NCBI GenBank assembly: GCA_002269645.1
Contig: NIVC01000702.1
Coordinates: forward strand, 124,001-188,000
Origin: Macrostomum lignano
Taxonomy: Eukaryota
Length of the DNA stretch: 64,000 nucleotides
Reading direction: 5' to 3'
Shown piece by piece: positions 14,012 to 26,645 of the stretch. Positions within the stretch are counted from its first letter, which is position 1. Each line of letters begins with the position of its first letter. The notes beneath the pieces were generated by a model that was given only the letters and a program-made list of their open reading frames with translations, was not told the origin of the DNA and ran no database searches. The translations under genes were made by a program, and so were the position numbers.

Positions 14012-16340
14012 TTAGTTTAGTTTAGTTTAGTTAACTTAGTTTGATTTAGGCTAGTTTGTTTTAGTTTAGTTTAGTTTAGCTTAGTTTAGTTAACTTAGTT
14101 TGATTTAGGCTAGTTTGTTTTAGTTTAGTTTAGTTTAGTTTAGTTTAGTTTAGTTTAGTTCAGTTACCTAAGTTTGATTTAGACTAGTTTATTTTAGTTT
14201 AGTTTAGTTAAGTTTAGTTAACTTATTTTGATTTAGGCTAGTTTGTTTTAGTTTAGTTTAGTTTAGTTTTCCGCCCGTCAGCGGCTGTACCAGCTTCAGG
14301 GCAGCATTTGCCGTGCCATCACAGGTGCGTACCCGTCCACCCCTTACGAGGGGCTGAACACTATCCTTAACCTGCCTCCGCTTCACCTATTTATTAGGGC
14401 GGAGGCTATGAAGTCTGCCTCCCGGCTTATCAGAGATAAAACGTTAAATAACGCGCCCCCTGGCTTTATGCCAATGAAAACATTAATCCCGCATATGGAC
14501 TTTGTCCGCCGCGACCTTAACAACATCCACATGGACCTGGGCAATGTGGATAGTCGACCTCCCGCCCTCAACATCAGGAGGGGCTTCAAGACCGCCATCC
14601 CTGGCCGAGACAACATTCCGCTGGATGTCGGTGTGAACCGGCGCAGCCAGGGCATTCACTGCTTCACCGACGGCTCGCTGTTCAACGGCCGCGCTGGAGC
14701 GGGTATTGCCATTTTCCACGAGGGTAAGATGCTTCTCCAGGAAAGTCTGCACCTCGGTGAGAACACCTCAGTTTTCCAAGCTGAAATTTGCGCCATTGAG
14801 CAGTGTGCCCAGCAACTGTTTCAGGCGAACATTAATAATTTTGACATTAATTTCTACACTGATAGCCAAGCTGCTATTAAGGCCTTAACCACTGAGAATA
14901 TCTCCGCTGCTACAGTATCTCAATGCCACCGCAGTGTGCAATCTCTCTCAGTCCTTAACAGGATTAGAATTATCTGGACACCTGGTCACAGCAACATCCT
15001 GGGCAACGAGCTCGCGGACTCTCTCGCCAAGGAGGGCAGCAACCCAGACGGCAACCACCGTCTGATGAGGCTACCCACCCCCAGGTCGCAAGTCACCCGC
15101 CATATCAACAGGTGGCTCCATCAGCAGCACCAGCTCCACTGGAACAGCTGCACCGAGTACAGGCAGAGCCGCTCTGCCATGCCTAACCTGAACAGGAAAG
15201 TCTCAGATTATCTGATTTCGCTTAACAGAACCGACCTCAGGGAGATGTGCATGGTCCTAACCGGCCACGGATTCTTCCAGAGACATATATCGTTGCAAAC
15301 CGGTTGCCCTCCCACCTGTCCCTTCTGTGGCATAGGAGAGGAGACCGCGGAGCATCACGTCACCTTCTGCCCTTACTTCAACAAGGCGCGGCACAAATAC
15401 CTCGGCCACCCCCAGCGGATGGACGAGCTGACCACCGCGGACAATATCCGAGACCTCCGCGCCTTCGTCCGGGACTCCGGCCGGATGAGGGTCGCCGATG
15501 CCTCCACTGCGGACCTGCCGACTACTGGCGGGGACTGGGCGCACCCCCAAGGCTAATCCTTGTGCTCTTTTACCTTGGGGTTGCGATAGGGGCCTCGCGG
15601 CCTATTCGCGGCGCCTGCGCCCCCCGTCAGTAGTAGTAGTTAGTTTAGTTTAGTTTAGTTTAGTTTAGTTAACTTAGTTTGAGTTAGACTAATTTTTTAG
15701 TTTAGTTTAGTTTAGTTTAGTTTAGTTTAGTTAGTTTAGTTAACTTATTTTGATTTAGGCTATTTTGTTTTAGTTTAGTTTAGTTTAGTTAAGTTTAGTT
15801 TAGTTAACTTAGTTTGAGTTAGACTAATTTTTTTAGTTTAGTTTAGTTTAGTTTAGTTTAGTTTAGTTTAGTGTAGTTTAGTTAACTTGGTTTATTTAGA
15901 CTAGTTTGTTTTTAGTTTAGTTTAGTTTAGTTTAGTTTAGTTTAGTTTAGTTAACTTATTTTGATTTAGGCTATTTTGTTTTAGTTTAGTTTAGTTTAGT
16001 TAAGTTTAGTTTAGTTAACTTAGTTTGAGTTAGACTAATTTTTTTAGTTTAGTTTAGTTTAGTTTAGTTTAGTTTAGTTTAGTTTAGTTAACTTATTTTG
16101 ATTTAGGCTATTTTGTTTTAGTTTAGTTTAGTTTAGTTAAGTTTAGTTTAGTTAACTTAGTTTGAGTTAGACTAATTTTTTTAGTTTAGTTTAGTTTAGT
16201 TTAGTTTAGTTTAGTTTAGTTTAGTTTAGTTTAGTTTAGTTTAGTTTAGTTTAGTTTAGTTTAGTTTAGTTTAGTTAACTTAGTTTGATTTAGACAAGTT
16301 CGTTTTAGGCTAGTTTATTTTAGTCTAGTTTAGTTTATTC
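13795..16340. repeat. (TTTAG)n microsatellite with higher-order variants, split by a retroelement at 14270-15640
   Basis: The array is present at 13795-14269 and 15640-16340. Confidence 0.95.
14270..15640 (+). mobile_element. 5'-truncated non-LTR retrotransposon (RT C-terminal thumb, RNase H, CCHC finger; R1/Loa/I-like group)
   Basis: The frame is open from 14270 ([33 protein letters not shown]) to TAA 15556. RNase H motifs [36 protein letters not shown]; finger CPFC-x8-H-x4-C. A short 3' UTR ends in (TAG)3. Confidence 0.9.
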
Positions 16341-17652
16341 TATTTTTTATTTTAGTCTGAATTGTTGACTAACTATTCCGCTTATTTTCAGTTGCCCGCA
16401 GGTATCACTCCAGCCCCCGGGCTTGACCAGTTCTTCATGCAGATCAGGCTGTATTTTGACACTAGAAATTGCATAACCAACTGACATGTTAGAGTTGGAA
16501 ATCAAGTAGACTTATGTAAACCGCAGAATATACACAGAATGGCAAATCCCGCATTTTGAGAAAATTTCTTGCACAAGAATCACATTCTATACTAGCTACT
16601 CTTGTTCTGAAGAAAAACTAAGTAGGCTGAAGGGCACTTTACCAATTCTTTGCCATTTATTGCGGGTTTGTCCCACAGAATCTAGGAAAGGAAGGCTTGA
16701 TAGAACCAACCCACCCCCAAAATTAACATAGAATCCTGATTTTCTGAACGAAAAGCTTTATCAATATCGATAGAGCAATAAAAAAGGCACAACATATCAA
16801 AAGATGAACACTGGATCTGCCTCCTATCAAACGCAATAATAATTTTTGTGCTGAAAAAATGAAAACTTCCTATCTCCGTAGTGTATTTTTTCGGGAAAAA
16901 GTGCCTTCAAAACCTTTCTAAGAAACGAGGTTTCCCGTCCTTCTACTTAAGTCGTCCTTGGAGCGGATTCGAACCCGGGGACGCAATTTATTATGATTTT
17001 TGTATTATTTTTATAGTACTTTTTGCTTTTTTCCGGAAATGTTCAAAGAAAAGGAGATTAATGAAAAATATTTTGTCATCGAGTGTTGTTATAATTATAA
17101 CTTTAAAATATTAACAGTAACTAGACAAATAACTATGCAAGTCAACACCATTGCGTGTATTTTGACGACGCTTTTGCATTAATTAATTAATTAATTTGCG
17201 GTATATTGTTAATATTAGCTAAGTAGAGAATTGGGTCCACTGAAAATGCACCTGGTCAATAATAGCAAATTCTATTATTATATTCTCTTGAACTATTGTA
17301 TTCAAGTATTAGAGATTTAAAATAAATGGTTTCGTTTATCTGGGTTTGGGGCAGGGCCTGCGGGTGCATTTGAACAAAAGCAAATTGAAGATCAGCGCCA
17401 ATTCGAAATTTCGTTCATCTGCAAATTCAAAGTCCCTAAGTGTGCTTGTGCGAAAATTTCTAGAGGAAAAGTTGGGCATGCATCACATTACAATATAGTG
17501 GGCAGGTGTGCAGTTACGCAATTTTATGAATTATGATTCACTTGGATTATACGGGTATATTATTAGCCGCATCTGAGTACAAATATGTTTAGCTGTTATT
17601 AGGAAAAATTAATAATGTTCATGTCAATGTCAGCCGCCGAATCAACTCGATC

Positions 17653-20600
17653 TCAGACTTTGTGGATGGTCGCAGTTAGGCCCGTCTTCACCTTGATGCA
17701 GTTCACCTTTGCTTTGGCATAGCTCTCCAAGTCACCGTCCCTGGCATTCGTTATCGGCTCATCCACTTTGGCTTCGCAGCAGTCCAGCTTCTTCTTGCCC
17801 AGATTGTCTGTTATGGCGGTCTTCACTACCTCAGGTGGCACAGGTACGATTGGGGTGGGCTTGGCCGCTGCCATGGTAACAGGGTGGCGATTCGCGATGC
17901 GTGAGTTTCAGGCAAGATCTTCATTAACTTGTGTCTCTCCCTGTCTGTCTCTCCCTGTCTGTCTCTCCCTGTCTGTCTCTCCCTGTCTGTCTCTCCCTGT
18001 CTGTCTCTCCCTGTCTGTCTCTCCCTGTCTGTCTCTCCCTGTCTGCATCTCCCTGTCTGTCTCTCCCTGTCTGTCTCTCTCTGTCTGTCTCTCCCTGTCT
18101 GTCTCTCCCTGTCTGCATCTCCCTGTCTGTCTCTCCCTGTCTGCATCTCCCTGTCTCTCTCTCCCTGTCTGTCTCTCCCTGTCTGTCTCTCCCTGTCTCT
18201 CTCTCCCTGTCTGTCTCTCCCTGTCTCTCTCTCCCTGTCTGTCTCTCCCTGTCTCTCTCTCCCTGTCTGTCTCTCCCTGTCTGTCTCTCCCTGTCTGTCT
18301 CTCCCTGTCTGTCTCTCCCTGTCTGTCTCTCCCTGTCTGTCTCTCCCTGTCTGCATCTCCCTGTCTGCATCTCCCTGTCTGTCTCTCCCTGTCTGTCTCT
18401 CCCTGTCTGTCTCTCCTTGTCTGTCTCTCCCTGTCTGCATCTCCCTGTCTGCATCTCCCTGTCTGTCTCTCCCTGTCTGCATCTCCCTGTCTGCATCTCC
18501 TCGTCTGCATCTCCCTGTCTGTCTCAAGAAGAAAGCGCAACTATGTACATTAGAAATGCACTTTAAGCACTTACTGTTTTTCCTGCACAGCCCATTGTTG
18601 CCTGGCACAGCTGTGTACACTGTGGCGATAATTTTGCCGCCGCTGGTTCTCTTGACTGGCTTCAGCACGTGCACTTTAGAAGAATCTAGGAAGTCCATCG
18701 GGCCGGAGGTTGGCAGGGTACCGGATCCGCAGCACTTGATGTAATTTTCTTGGTTCCTCTTGCAAAATTTGTTTACCTCGTCGGCGACTTTGTTTTTTAG
18801 TTCATTAGTTATCTTGGGGAGCTGGAGAGAGGGCAGATGTTGCTAAAAATTAGACTATAAAAATTGGGTATTAAGATTTGTTTAATTGTAGGTTGTGGGT
18901 TTGTGGGTTAAATATACCGACTGCAGATATTAGGGTAGATAATATGGTAGATGGTAGGATGCGTAGTAGGTTAGACGGTTTAGTAGATAGTAAGTAAGAT
19001 TTATAATAGGGTCGATGATATGATAAATAGTTGAGTAGATAATAGGGTAGATAGCTTGGTAGATAATAGGGTAGATAATATGGTGAGCAACATAGTAGGG
19101 TAGACGGTAGGGTAGATAATAGGGTGGGTGATAGGGTAGATAGTAGGGTAGACGGTAGGGTAGATAATAGGGTGGGTGATAGGGTAGATAGTAGGGTAGA
19201 TGATAGGGTAGCTAGTTGGTAGATACATGTAGTTCGGTAGATACTCGGGGTACATAATCGGCAGTATACAGTCGGGCAGGCTGCTTACATCGCTGCCAGG
19301 GATGGCGTTGTCCTCTTCAGGGGCGACTGGCACCTTAAGGCCGCCGCTAATCAACACTTCGGGTATTTCACATCGCTCGCCAAAGAAGCCGGTGTGGCAC
19401 AGGCATTTGCACGGCTCCGTTGGCGGCCCGGCGTCTCGGCCGCCGTTCAGGCAGGGTGTGCCTTTTCTGCGACAGGCGCCGCAGGTGGGCGACACGGTGC
19501 CGCTGCCTCCTTCATTTTGAGGGAGACAAACAACTGATGAACACCTGATCTTATTTATTAACTATGCCATCGTCTATCCAACTATTATGTCAATATCTAC
19601 GTCATTATCTACCCCATTATCTACCTCATTATCTACCCCATTATCTACCCATTATCTACCCCATTATCTACCCATTATCTACCCCATTGTCTACCTCATT
19701 ATCTACCTCATTATCTACCTCATTATCTACCCCATTATCTACCTCATTATTTACCCCATTATCTACCTCATTATCTACCCCATTATCTACCTCATTATCT
19801 ACCCATTATCTATCCCATCATCTACCTCATTATCTACCTATTATCTACCCTATTATCTACCTCATTATCTACCCATTATCTATCCCATCATCTACTTCAT
19901 TATCTACCTCATTATCTACCCCATTATCTACCTCATTATCTACCCCATTATCTACCCATTATCTACCCCATTGTCTACCCCATTATCTATCCCATCATCT
20001 ACCTCATTATATAACTAACTATCTACCGAATTATCTATGCAATTAATTATCCTATTATGTACGCCCTTTATTGTCTACCAAACTATCTAATTTATCGTCT
20101 ACCTCCTAATCTACTACATTATCTACCTGTTTATTTCAGTATCGAAATAAAAATTTACCTGAGCAATCGAGCCCTGTAAAGCCTTTCGTGCAGTGGCAGG
20201 AGCACACATTGTCCACATCCTTTCTTTCACCGCAGTTCATGCACGGAGCGTCGCAAGCTTAAGAAAAAATCATTTACGTAAAGTTAAATTAATATGTTAT
20301 ATATTTTTAAGCGGCAGTAGACAACAAAAAATGAAAAGTGGATATTATGAAAACTTACTGACAACGGCTGATGGATTATCGCGGATTATTTCGGCCTTCT
20401 CAGATCCGCTGACGCACAACTTTTTGTAACAATAACCGCGCTCTTTAGGGCACAGCTGGCACGGAGTGGACTCTTGGTACAACATACCGGTAAATACTTT
20501 GGGCATCATGTCGTCCCTGTGAATGTGGATGTGACAAAACTATTGAAGCCAGGTTGTGCACGCCGAATAGATACCTTATTGACGCCTATTCCAAACATCC

Positions 20601-22449
20601 TGGCCCAAAGCATTCGTCCGACATAGGGTAACCGCTGAGTTGCCCTGCCCACCGATGCCAACCCAACCCCATTCCTGTCTGTCTCTTATCATTTAGCCAC
20701 CGATGCTAACCCCACCCCATTCCTGTCTGTCTCTTATCATTTAGCCACCGATGCTAACCCCACCCCATTCCTGTCTGTCTCTTATCATTTAGCCACCGAT
20801 GCTAACCCCACCCCATTCCTGTCTGTCTCTTATCATTTAGCCACCGATGCTAACCCCACCCCATTCCTGTCTGTCTCTTATCATTTAGCCACCGATGCTA
20901 ACCCCACCCCATTCCTGTCTGTCTCTTATCATTTAGCCACCGATGCTAACCCCACCCCATTCCTGCCCGTCTCTTATCAGTCAGCCACCGATGCCTACCC
21001 CCTCCCAATTCCTGCCCGTCTCTTATCAGTCAGCCACCGATGCCTACCCCCTCCCAATTCCTGCCCGTCTCTTATCAGTCAGCCACCGATGCCTACCCCC
21101 TCCCAATTCCTGCCCGTCTCTTATCAGTCAGCCACCGATGCTAACCCCACCCCATTCCTGTCTGTCTCTTGGCTTACTGACACCTTACATGTATTGACAC
21201 CTTGCTAACACTTCAGTCCCTGTAACACCCGAAACAATTCAACAAATTAGAACTAAAAAAAACAATTCGCACCAGCTTCTTACTTTCCGCGAAAATCGCA
21301 ATAAATTCTGTAAGGCTTATTGGCACCTTCGCAAGTAGACCTGGCGCAGGCAAATGTCATAGAAACGTTCTGCATCATGTTCCGATAGAACATGCACGGC
21401 CGATAGAATTCGTTGGGTTTGCATTTCCCCGCAGCCAAAGCTGCTTTGCCTTCCTTTGCTATGATCGAAATGGCCTCCGAATAAGTTATCTTTGTTTTTG
21501 AAGCCACAAATGTTGACAATCTGGTTTGCAAGGAGGAGTCGCAGCGCTGCGATTGCCAATGTGCGTCGACATTTTCGTCCCAGGTCTGCCGAGGTAGATA
21601 GCGATAAGCGACTGCTATTATTAGATCCTATTGAGCTTTACCAAGCTTAAATATTGCACTTTCTAGAGAGCTGAATGAGAATCGGTGGCTGACTGATAAG
21701 AGACAGACATGAATGGGGAGGGGGTAAGCATCGGTGGCTGACTGATAAGAGACGGGCAGGAATTGGGAGGGGGTAGGCATCGGTGGCTGACTGATAAGAG
21801 ACTGGCAGGAATGGGGTGGGGGTAGGCATCGGTGGCTGACTGATAAGAGACGGGCAGGAATGGGGTGGGGGTAGGCATCGGTGGCTGACTGATAAGAGAC
21901 GGGCAGGAATGGGGTGGGAGTAGCATCTGTGGCTGACTGATAAAAGACACGCGGGAATGGGGTGGGGGTAGCATCGGTGGCTGACTGATAAAAGACAGAA
22001 CAGGAATGAGGTGGGGTAGCATCGGTTGCCGACTGAGAAGAGACAGACAGGAATGGGTTGGGGTTAGCATCGGTGGCTGACTGATAAAGAGACAGACAGG
22101 ACTGGCATCATCAGGTTGTGAATTTGGAGCAGCCAGGGCCCAAAGCAAGGCTTACCAGATATCCCATGTCGCCAGCTGGAGGATCAGCATTTGCGCGAAA
22201 ATTGTTCATAGTATCGATGGCGTCCTCCCTCTCTTTGGCCGTATCCTTGTCGACGACACCGTAAAACGGCCGATCTCTGGGGTCGAACCTAGCGTCTCCT
22301 TTTTTTCCAGGAACCAAGTCGATGACGTCGGTGTACCAGAACACAGTCAGGGTTTCCTCAGCCGCAACGTTTGGCTTGCTAATAGCCAACGCAATTAAAA
22401 GCATCGATAGATGCTTTAGTACCAATCGCATGGTTATTTGCTTGTCCAT
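17653..22449 (-). CDS. Secreted divergent CAP/SCP-domain protein with 2 EGF-like modules and an uncharacterised C-terminal domain, ~512-518 aa, 7 exons
   Basis: Exons 22449 (or 22431)-22156, 21585-21284, 20516-20359, 20257-20159, 19509-19289, 18842-18575, 17867-17653 all join GT-AG in phase. Signal peptide [27 protein letters not shown]-like [42 protein letters not shown], hinge [20 protein letters not shown]-like [14 protein letters not shown] and [14 protein letters not shown]. Confidence 0.8.
17933..18525. repeat. 14-bp (CTGTCTGTCTCTCC)n array in CAP gene intron 6
   Basis: Direct reading. Confidence 0.95.
18925..20130. repeat. Two oppositely oriented ~12-bp ATTATCTACCC arrays (18925-19245 and 19565-20130) flanking CAP exon 5
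   Basis: GGGTAGATAAT on one side and ATTATCTACCC on the other. Confidence 0.85.
20645..22100. repeat. Two oppositely oriented 48-bp minisatellite arrays (20645-21175 and 21675-22100) flanking CAP exon 2
   Basis: CAGTCAGCCACCGATGC.. on the left and GCATCGGTGGCTGACTG.. on the right. Confidence 0.9.
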
Positions 22450-22825
22450 CGGCGTCTTCAAAACAATGAAGAGGCTTATGTTTAGCGCTTTGACTTAGTC
22501 AATTTTTTGATGTTGCGATTCTCTGTCAATACGACAATAGGTCTTGTTTAGTTGATTACTAAACAAATTGCCGCTACTTGAGCCAGCGGACCGATGCTCG
22601 AACAGGGACAGGATCGGCTTTGGCCACAGACTTTGCAGAGCTGTTTGAAAAGAATTCGATTTTTTGTCTATGGGCGCGCGGAGGAGCGACAGAGCTTTAC
22701 GAAGCGATGTACTTTTAACCGAAGCTGGAAGATGATTATGCATGAGACCTTGTAATTTAAGAATTTGAAACATAGCTTTGAAACCCTGCCTTGTAAGTCT
22801 TTTCAAATCCTTTCAAGCTTCAAAA

Positions 22826-23142
22826 CAGGGGCGCCCACCATGAGACAGGGGCGCCCACCATGAGACAGGGGCGCCCACCATGAGACAGGGGCGCCCACCA
22901 TGAGACAGGGGCGCCCACCATGAGACAGGGGCGTCAACCAAGAGACAGGCGCACCAACCAAGAGACAGGGGCGTCAACTAAGCGACGGGCGACGGGTGCC
23001 TAAAACAGAGACAGGGGTGCCTAACATGAGACAGGGGCGCCTAACAAGAGACAGGGGCGCCTAACAAGAGACAGGGGCGCCTAACATGAGACAGGGGCGG
23101 GGCACCATGTGGCCAAGAGATAGGGGCGCCCAACAAGAGACA
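22826..23142. repeat. 20-bp minisatellite (ACAGGGGCGCCCACCATGAG)n
   Basis: Direct reading. Confidence 0.9.
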
Positions 23143-23453
23143 GTTAGATCTCGGTATTGAAAGTTTATCTGTCATTCCTGCTTCGCACTTTCTTCGGTTT
23201 CCTCAGCAGCTGATCGAGGTCGGCCGTCATGTCGCAGCATCTCGACACCCAAGTGGCTGTTAATGGGACAGCGGCAGTATGTACGATCTGTTTGAAACAT
23301 CCGTCTCAGACACAGATAGGCTCTGTACGATAACCTCAGAGGTACATGTTGATTTAGGTAAGTCAGGCAGGCTCCCGCTGCACAGACGAAGAAGTGCGTC
23401 GGCGTGTTTGGCGTGGACGCTGATGACCTGCACGCTGGAGAGGCGGCTGGACT

Positions 23454-23633
23454 TTATTCAACCGAAGCTTCTCCGTGCGAGGTCTTTAAAGCAGACGAGA
23501 GAGCCAAGGGCCCCCTACTATCGAAGGCACAGCTGCAACCCTCGATCACCATCGTGGCGATGAGCCCCAGCCTCGGCAGAACATGTTGTCGCTCAATTTT
23601 CAGACCGGTCAAGCGACATGAGGTGGCTCTTGC
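23454..23633 (-). CDS. Candidate terminal exon with a cystine-knot (TGF-beta-like) C-terminal motif
   Basis: Acceptor TTTCTAG, then ARATSCRLTGLKIERQHVLPRLGLIATMVIEGCSCAF...* (cf. BMP MVVEGCGC). No upstream exon could be found. Confidence 0.3.
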   Translation of the reverse strand, partial: ARATSCRLTGLKIERQHVLPRLGLIATMVIEGCSCAFDSRGPLALSSALKTSHGEASVE

Positions 23634-23794
23634 CTAGAAAGATGCACATGTAAATGTACAATACAGGTTGGCCGTGTTGTGTTTGAATTGGGAATTCATG
23701 CAATTATAACAAGCATTTAAAATATCCGAAGTGACCCCCACTGCCTCAAATATATAGCATCAATTCTTGACCTAAAGCGATGGCATGTTTGCAA

Positions 23795-24015
23795 GGAGGT
23801 ATCCTAGTGGTGAGATCGTCGGACTCACAACTTGAAGGTCAGGGATTGGATTCCTGATCCACTGGAACAGTTTGTGTCCTTGAGCAAGACACTTAAATTG
23901 CTTCAGTTCACCCAGCTGCAAAATGGGATGCAAGTAGCTGGGGTAATTGAGGGTGTGTGTGGGGACCCCCAGTCCATGGACTGAGCAGCCTTATAGGTAC
24001 GCAGCCTTCAGATGC
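23795..24015 (+). mobile_element. tRNA-derived SINE, copy A (diverged)
   Basis: A-box-like CCTAGTGGT, central GTGTCCTTGAGCAAGACACTT, and a 3' part shared with copies B and C. Confidence 0.8.
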
Positions 24016-26645
24016 GCCGTGCAATAGGTGCGGCTGAGCTGTCGGTTGCACATCTGCTCATTAGAGCAGGTGTAATCAATTATTATTATTAATATTAATT
24101 GCATGTACTATGATTCGAGCTACATGTATTAAGTCAGGTGTTGTCTCCCCCCGCAAAATAAAAGAGTCCAGCGGCTCTAAGTGTGGTGCTGTTGGCAGCC
24201 AAGTGTCCACGCTCTCGTCACACCAGTTTTGGACGAGGTAGCTGTTATGTGCTGGTGCTCCGACCATGCAGCGGAAAATCGAACCATAAATGATGTACAT
24301 GTACATACACATCGACCACACTGACTGGAGAAGTCCACAGTAGACCTGGATACTTGGATGTTGGTGGTCTAATCCTCAGCGGAAAATATGTGGCAGTATC
24401 ACACCCCAACACAGCCAGAAATATTTGCACAAGCACTCAGAGCTGCAGCGGATGTAATTCTTACACAGAGGAGATACAAAATCTTCCTTGTGATCTCAGC
24501 TGCATGAATAAGAATTCAATACGAAGGCAGGTGATTTTGATCGACATTTGCCCGACAGTGGGTGCGTCAGTAGTCCACATTTACATATGCACATCTTTGA
24601 TGTTGTCAAAAGACTCCAATATCATGCAGCTACATGTATTCACAAAAATGCCAAATGGTATGTTAAAAAGTAGAATAACGATTTTGAATTACATGTACAC
24701 GTGGGCATGTGTACTGCAGTACTCATTAGAGAAAGAACTTTTTAGCATGCATGTACACTGTACCGGACTGCGGGCTTTAGCTCCGCCTTTGACAATATTG
24801 CAGTCTTTAGAATCCATGCAATCTGACAGGAAACTGTATCGGTGTATAATTAAGTGCATAGCTACCAGGTATCTAGCTGTAAAGTGAATGTGCACTTGAG
24901 TGAGTGAAATAAGTGAATTTTTGAACGTGCTATGCCATTCGGTCCATCCGGTTACACGCGTATACCTGTGATTTACGCATTTATGTTCTATCTACATGTA
25001 CATGTACAAATATGATCAATTGGATTCACGTGCTTCGAAAAGGGTGATGAGTTCAGAACTTTACATCACGTACGAACAGCTGCTCAGTCCTCTAATTGAG
25101 GCGGAAAAAATAAACTTATTAATATACGGCAATACATTAGAGCAATACTCAATGTTGCAACGACATATAAATGTCGATTCAAGTCACAGAGAGACAATAT
25201 TCAATACTTTACCGTTGCTGATCAGCATATTGATTTTGCCTTTTGATTTTAAGTTGAATGAGCAAAGCCGGAATTTTGAATTATAAAACTTAAACAAATT
25301 CAATAATGCAGCCGTATTGCTACAGTAAATAAAAACGAAAATATTGACTAATACAGTAAAACTACAGTTATTTACTTTTTGGTTTTATATAGGAAAACTA
25401 CGTTTGGCATAATAGGGGGACTAAACCTAAACCCTGAAACTCCCGAAACTTTTTTTAATTAAGGGGGTACATCACAATTTTATTTGCAAATTTGTATTAC
25501 AACTACAGGCTTAGATGGGACGGGTCCTAATAATTTGGATAATTACACTAATATTATATATATCGTTAGATGTTCATAAGTTTCATTTAGCCTTTTAATT
25601 TGACTATCTAACAAGATTACTGAATATACTTGTCTCTGCTGCTAGTTCATAAAAGTTCTTTGTTTTCTTGCAGCGCCTTCCTAAAAAATAAATGAAAGCT
25701 AGGCTAGGCCTAATTGCCAGTTTAATTGATGTTGTACAAGCCTACTAGGTCAAATTAGCTTGAGTTTAACAAATCCCCACTTCAATCGACGCTTCTTGAC
25801 TTGAGTGTCCAAGACATGGAGTCTATAGTTGGAGCTTGGAGTTAGTGTAGGCCTAAGTGTTAACTGTTAGTCCTAGTGCCCATCCTTGAATCTTGGAATG
25901 TTTTTTTTGATAGGCATAGACCTATCTTACTATCTTTTACCTTTGGCTTTGGCTTCAAGTGACAGATATTGCCACTAATTAGTAAATATTGCACTAGGCC
26001 TATATAAATATTTTAAATTAAAATAAGAATATAATGGCAGACTATCTTATAGTTTTGCATCTCACAAATCACAATGTAATATGAGCCTATTGAATTAATT
26101 ATGTTTTTATTATTTGAGGAAAGCCGAGAAAATGAAAGCAAGCACAAACATTCTCATTTTTTCTTTTATAATACAAAATTACAATTTATTAATCTTTGCA
26201 CTACATGTTTTGTTGAACAATTGGCATCTTTAGGCAAAATATAGATGTAGAGAGATGGTAAATTTTTTAGTCTAGTAAGCCAAAATGATGCAAGTATGGG
26301 TTCTTTTATTGTTTTATAAAAATTATTAGCTTTTAATATTGTTTTTGTCTAGGCCTAGGCAGTATCTAGTCAATCTGGCAACAAGATGATCTAGTGACAT
26401 GATCAGTGGTAATCATCATTATCAATAAGCTTTTGTATTACTTAATCAACAGCTTTAAGTTTAGGCCTACCTTAAATTTAAAAACTTAAAAATTTAACTA
26501 CAATAAATTAAATTAGGATTGATGCATATATCCTAGATTAGAACAAGAGCATTCACTATATACATATATAAATCATTATCTAGATGCAGTCTTTCAATTA
26601 TAAAATCTACAAAAAAGTTGTTAGATTGTCTATTGCCACTTTAAG

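Noticed and set aside
13795-16340. Telomere-like array
   Set aside because: The unit is TTTAG, not TTAGGG or TTAGG, and it is interstitial with unique sequence on both sides.
16390-17465. Several minus-strand exon-like snippets (16390-16445, 16640-16680, 17320-17460)
   Set aside because: They could not be joined into one coherent frame or recognised motif, so they are left unannotated.
24076-24887. Cys-containing ORFs as the missing upstream cystine-knot exon
   Set aside because: There is no in-frame CxGxC with usable splice sites, and the frames contain stops.
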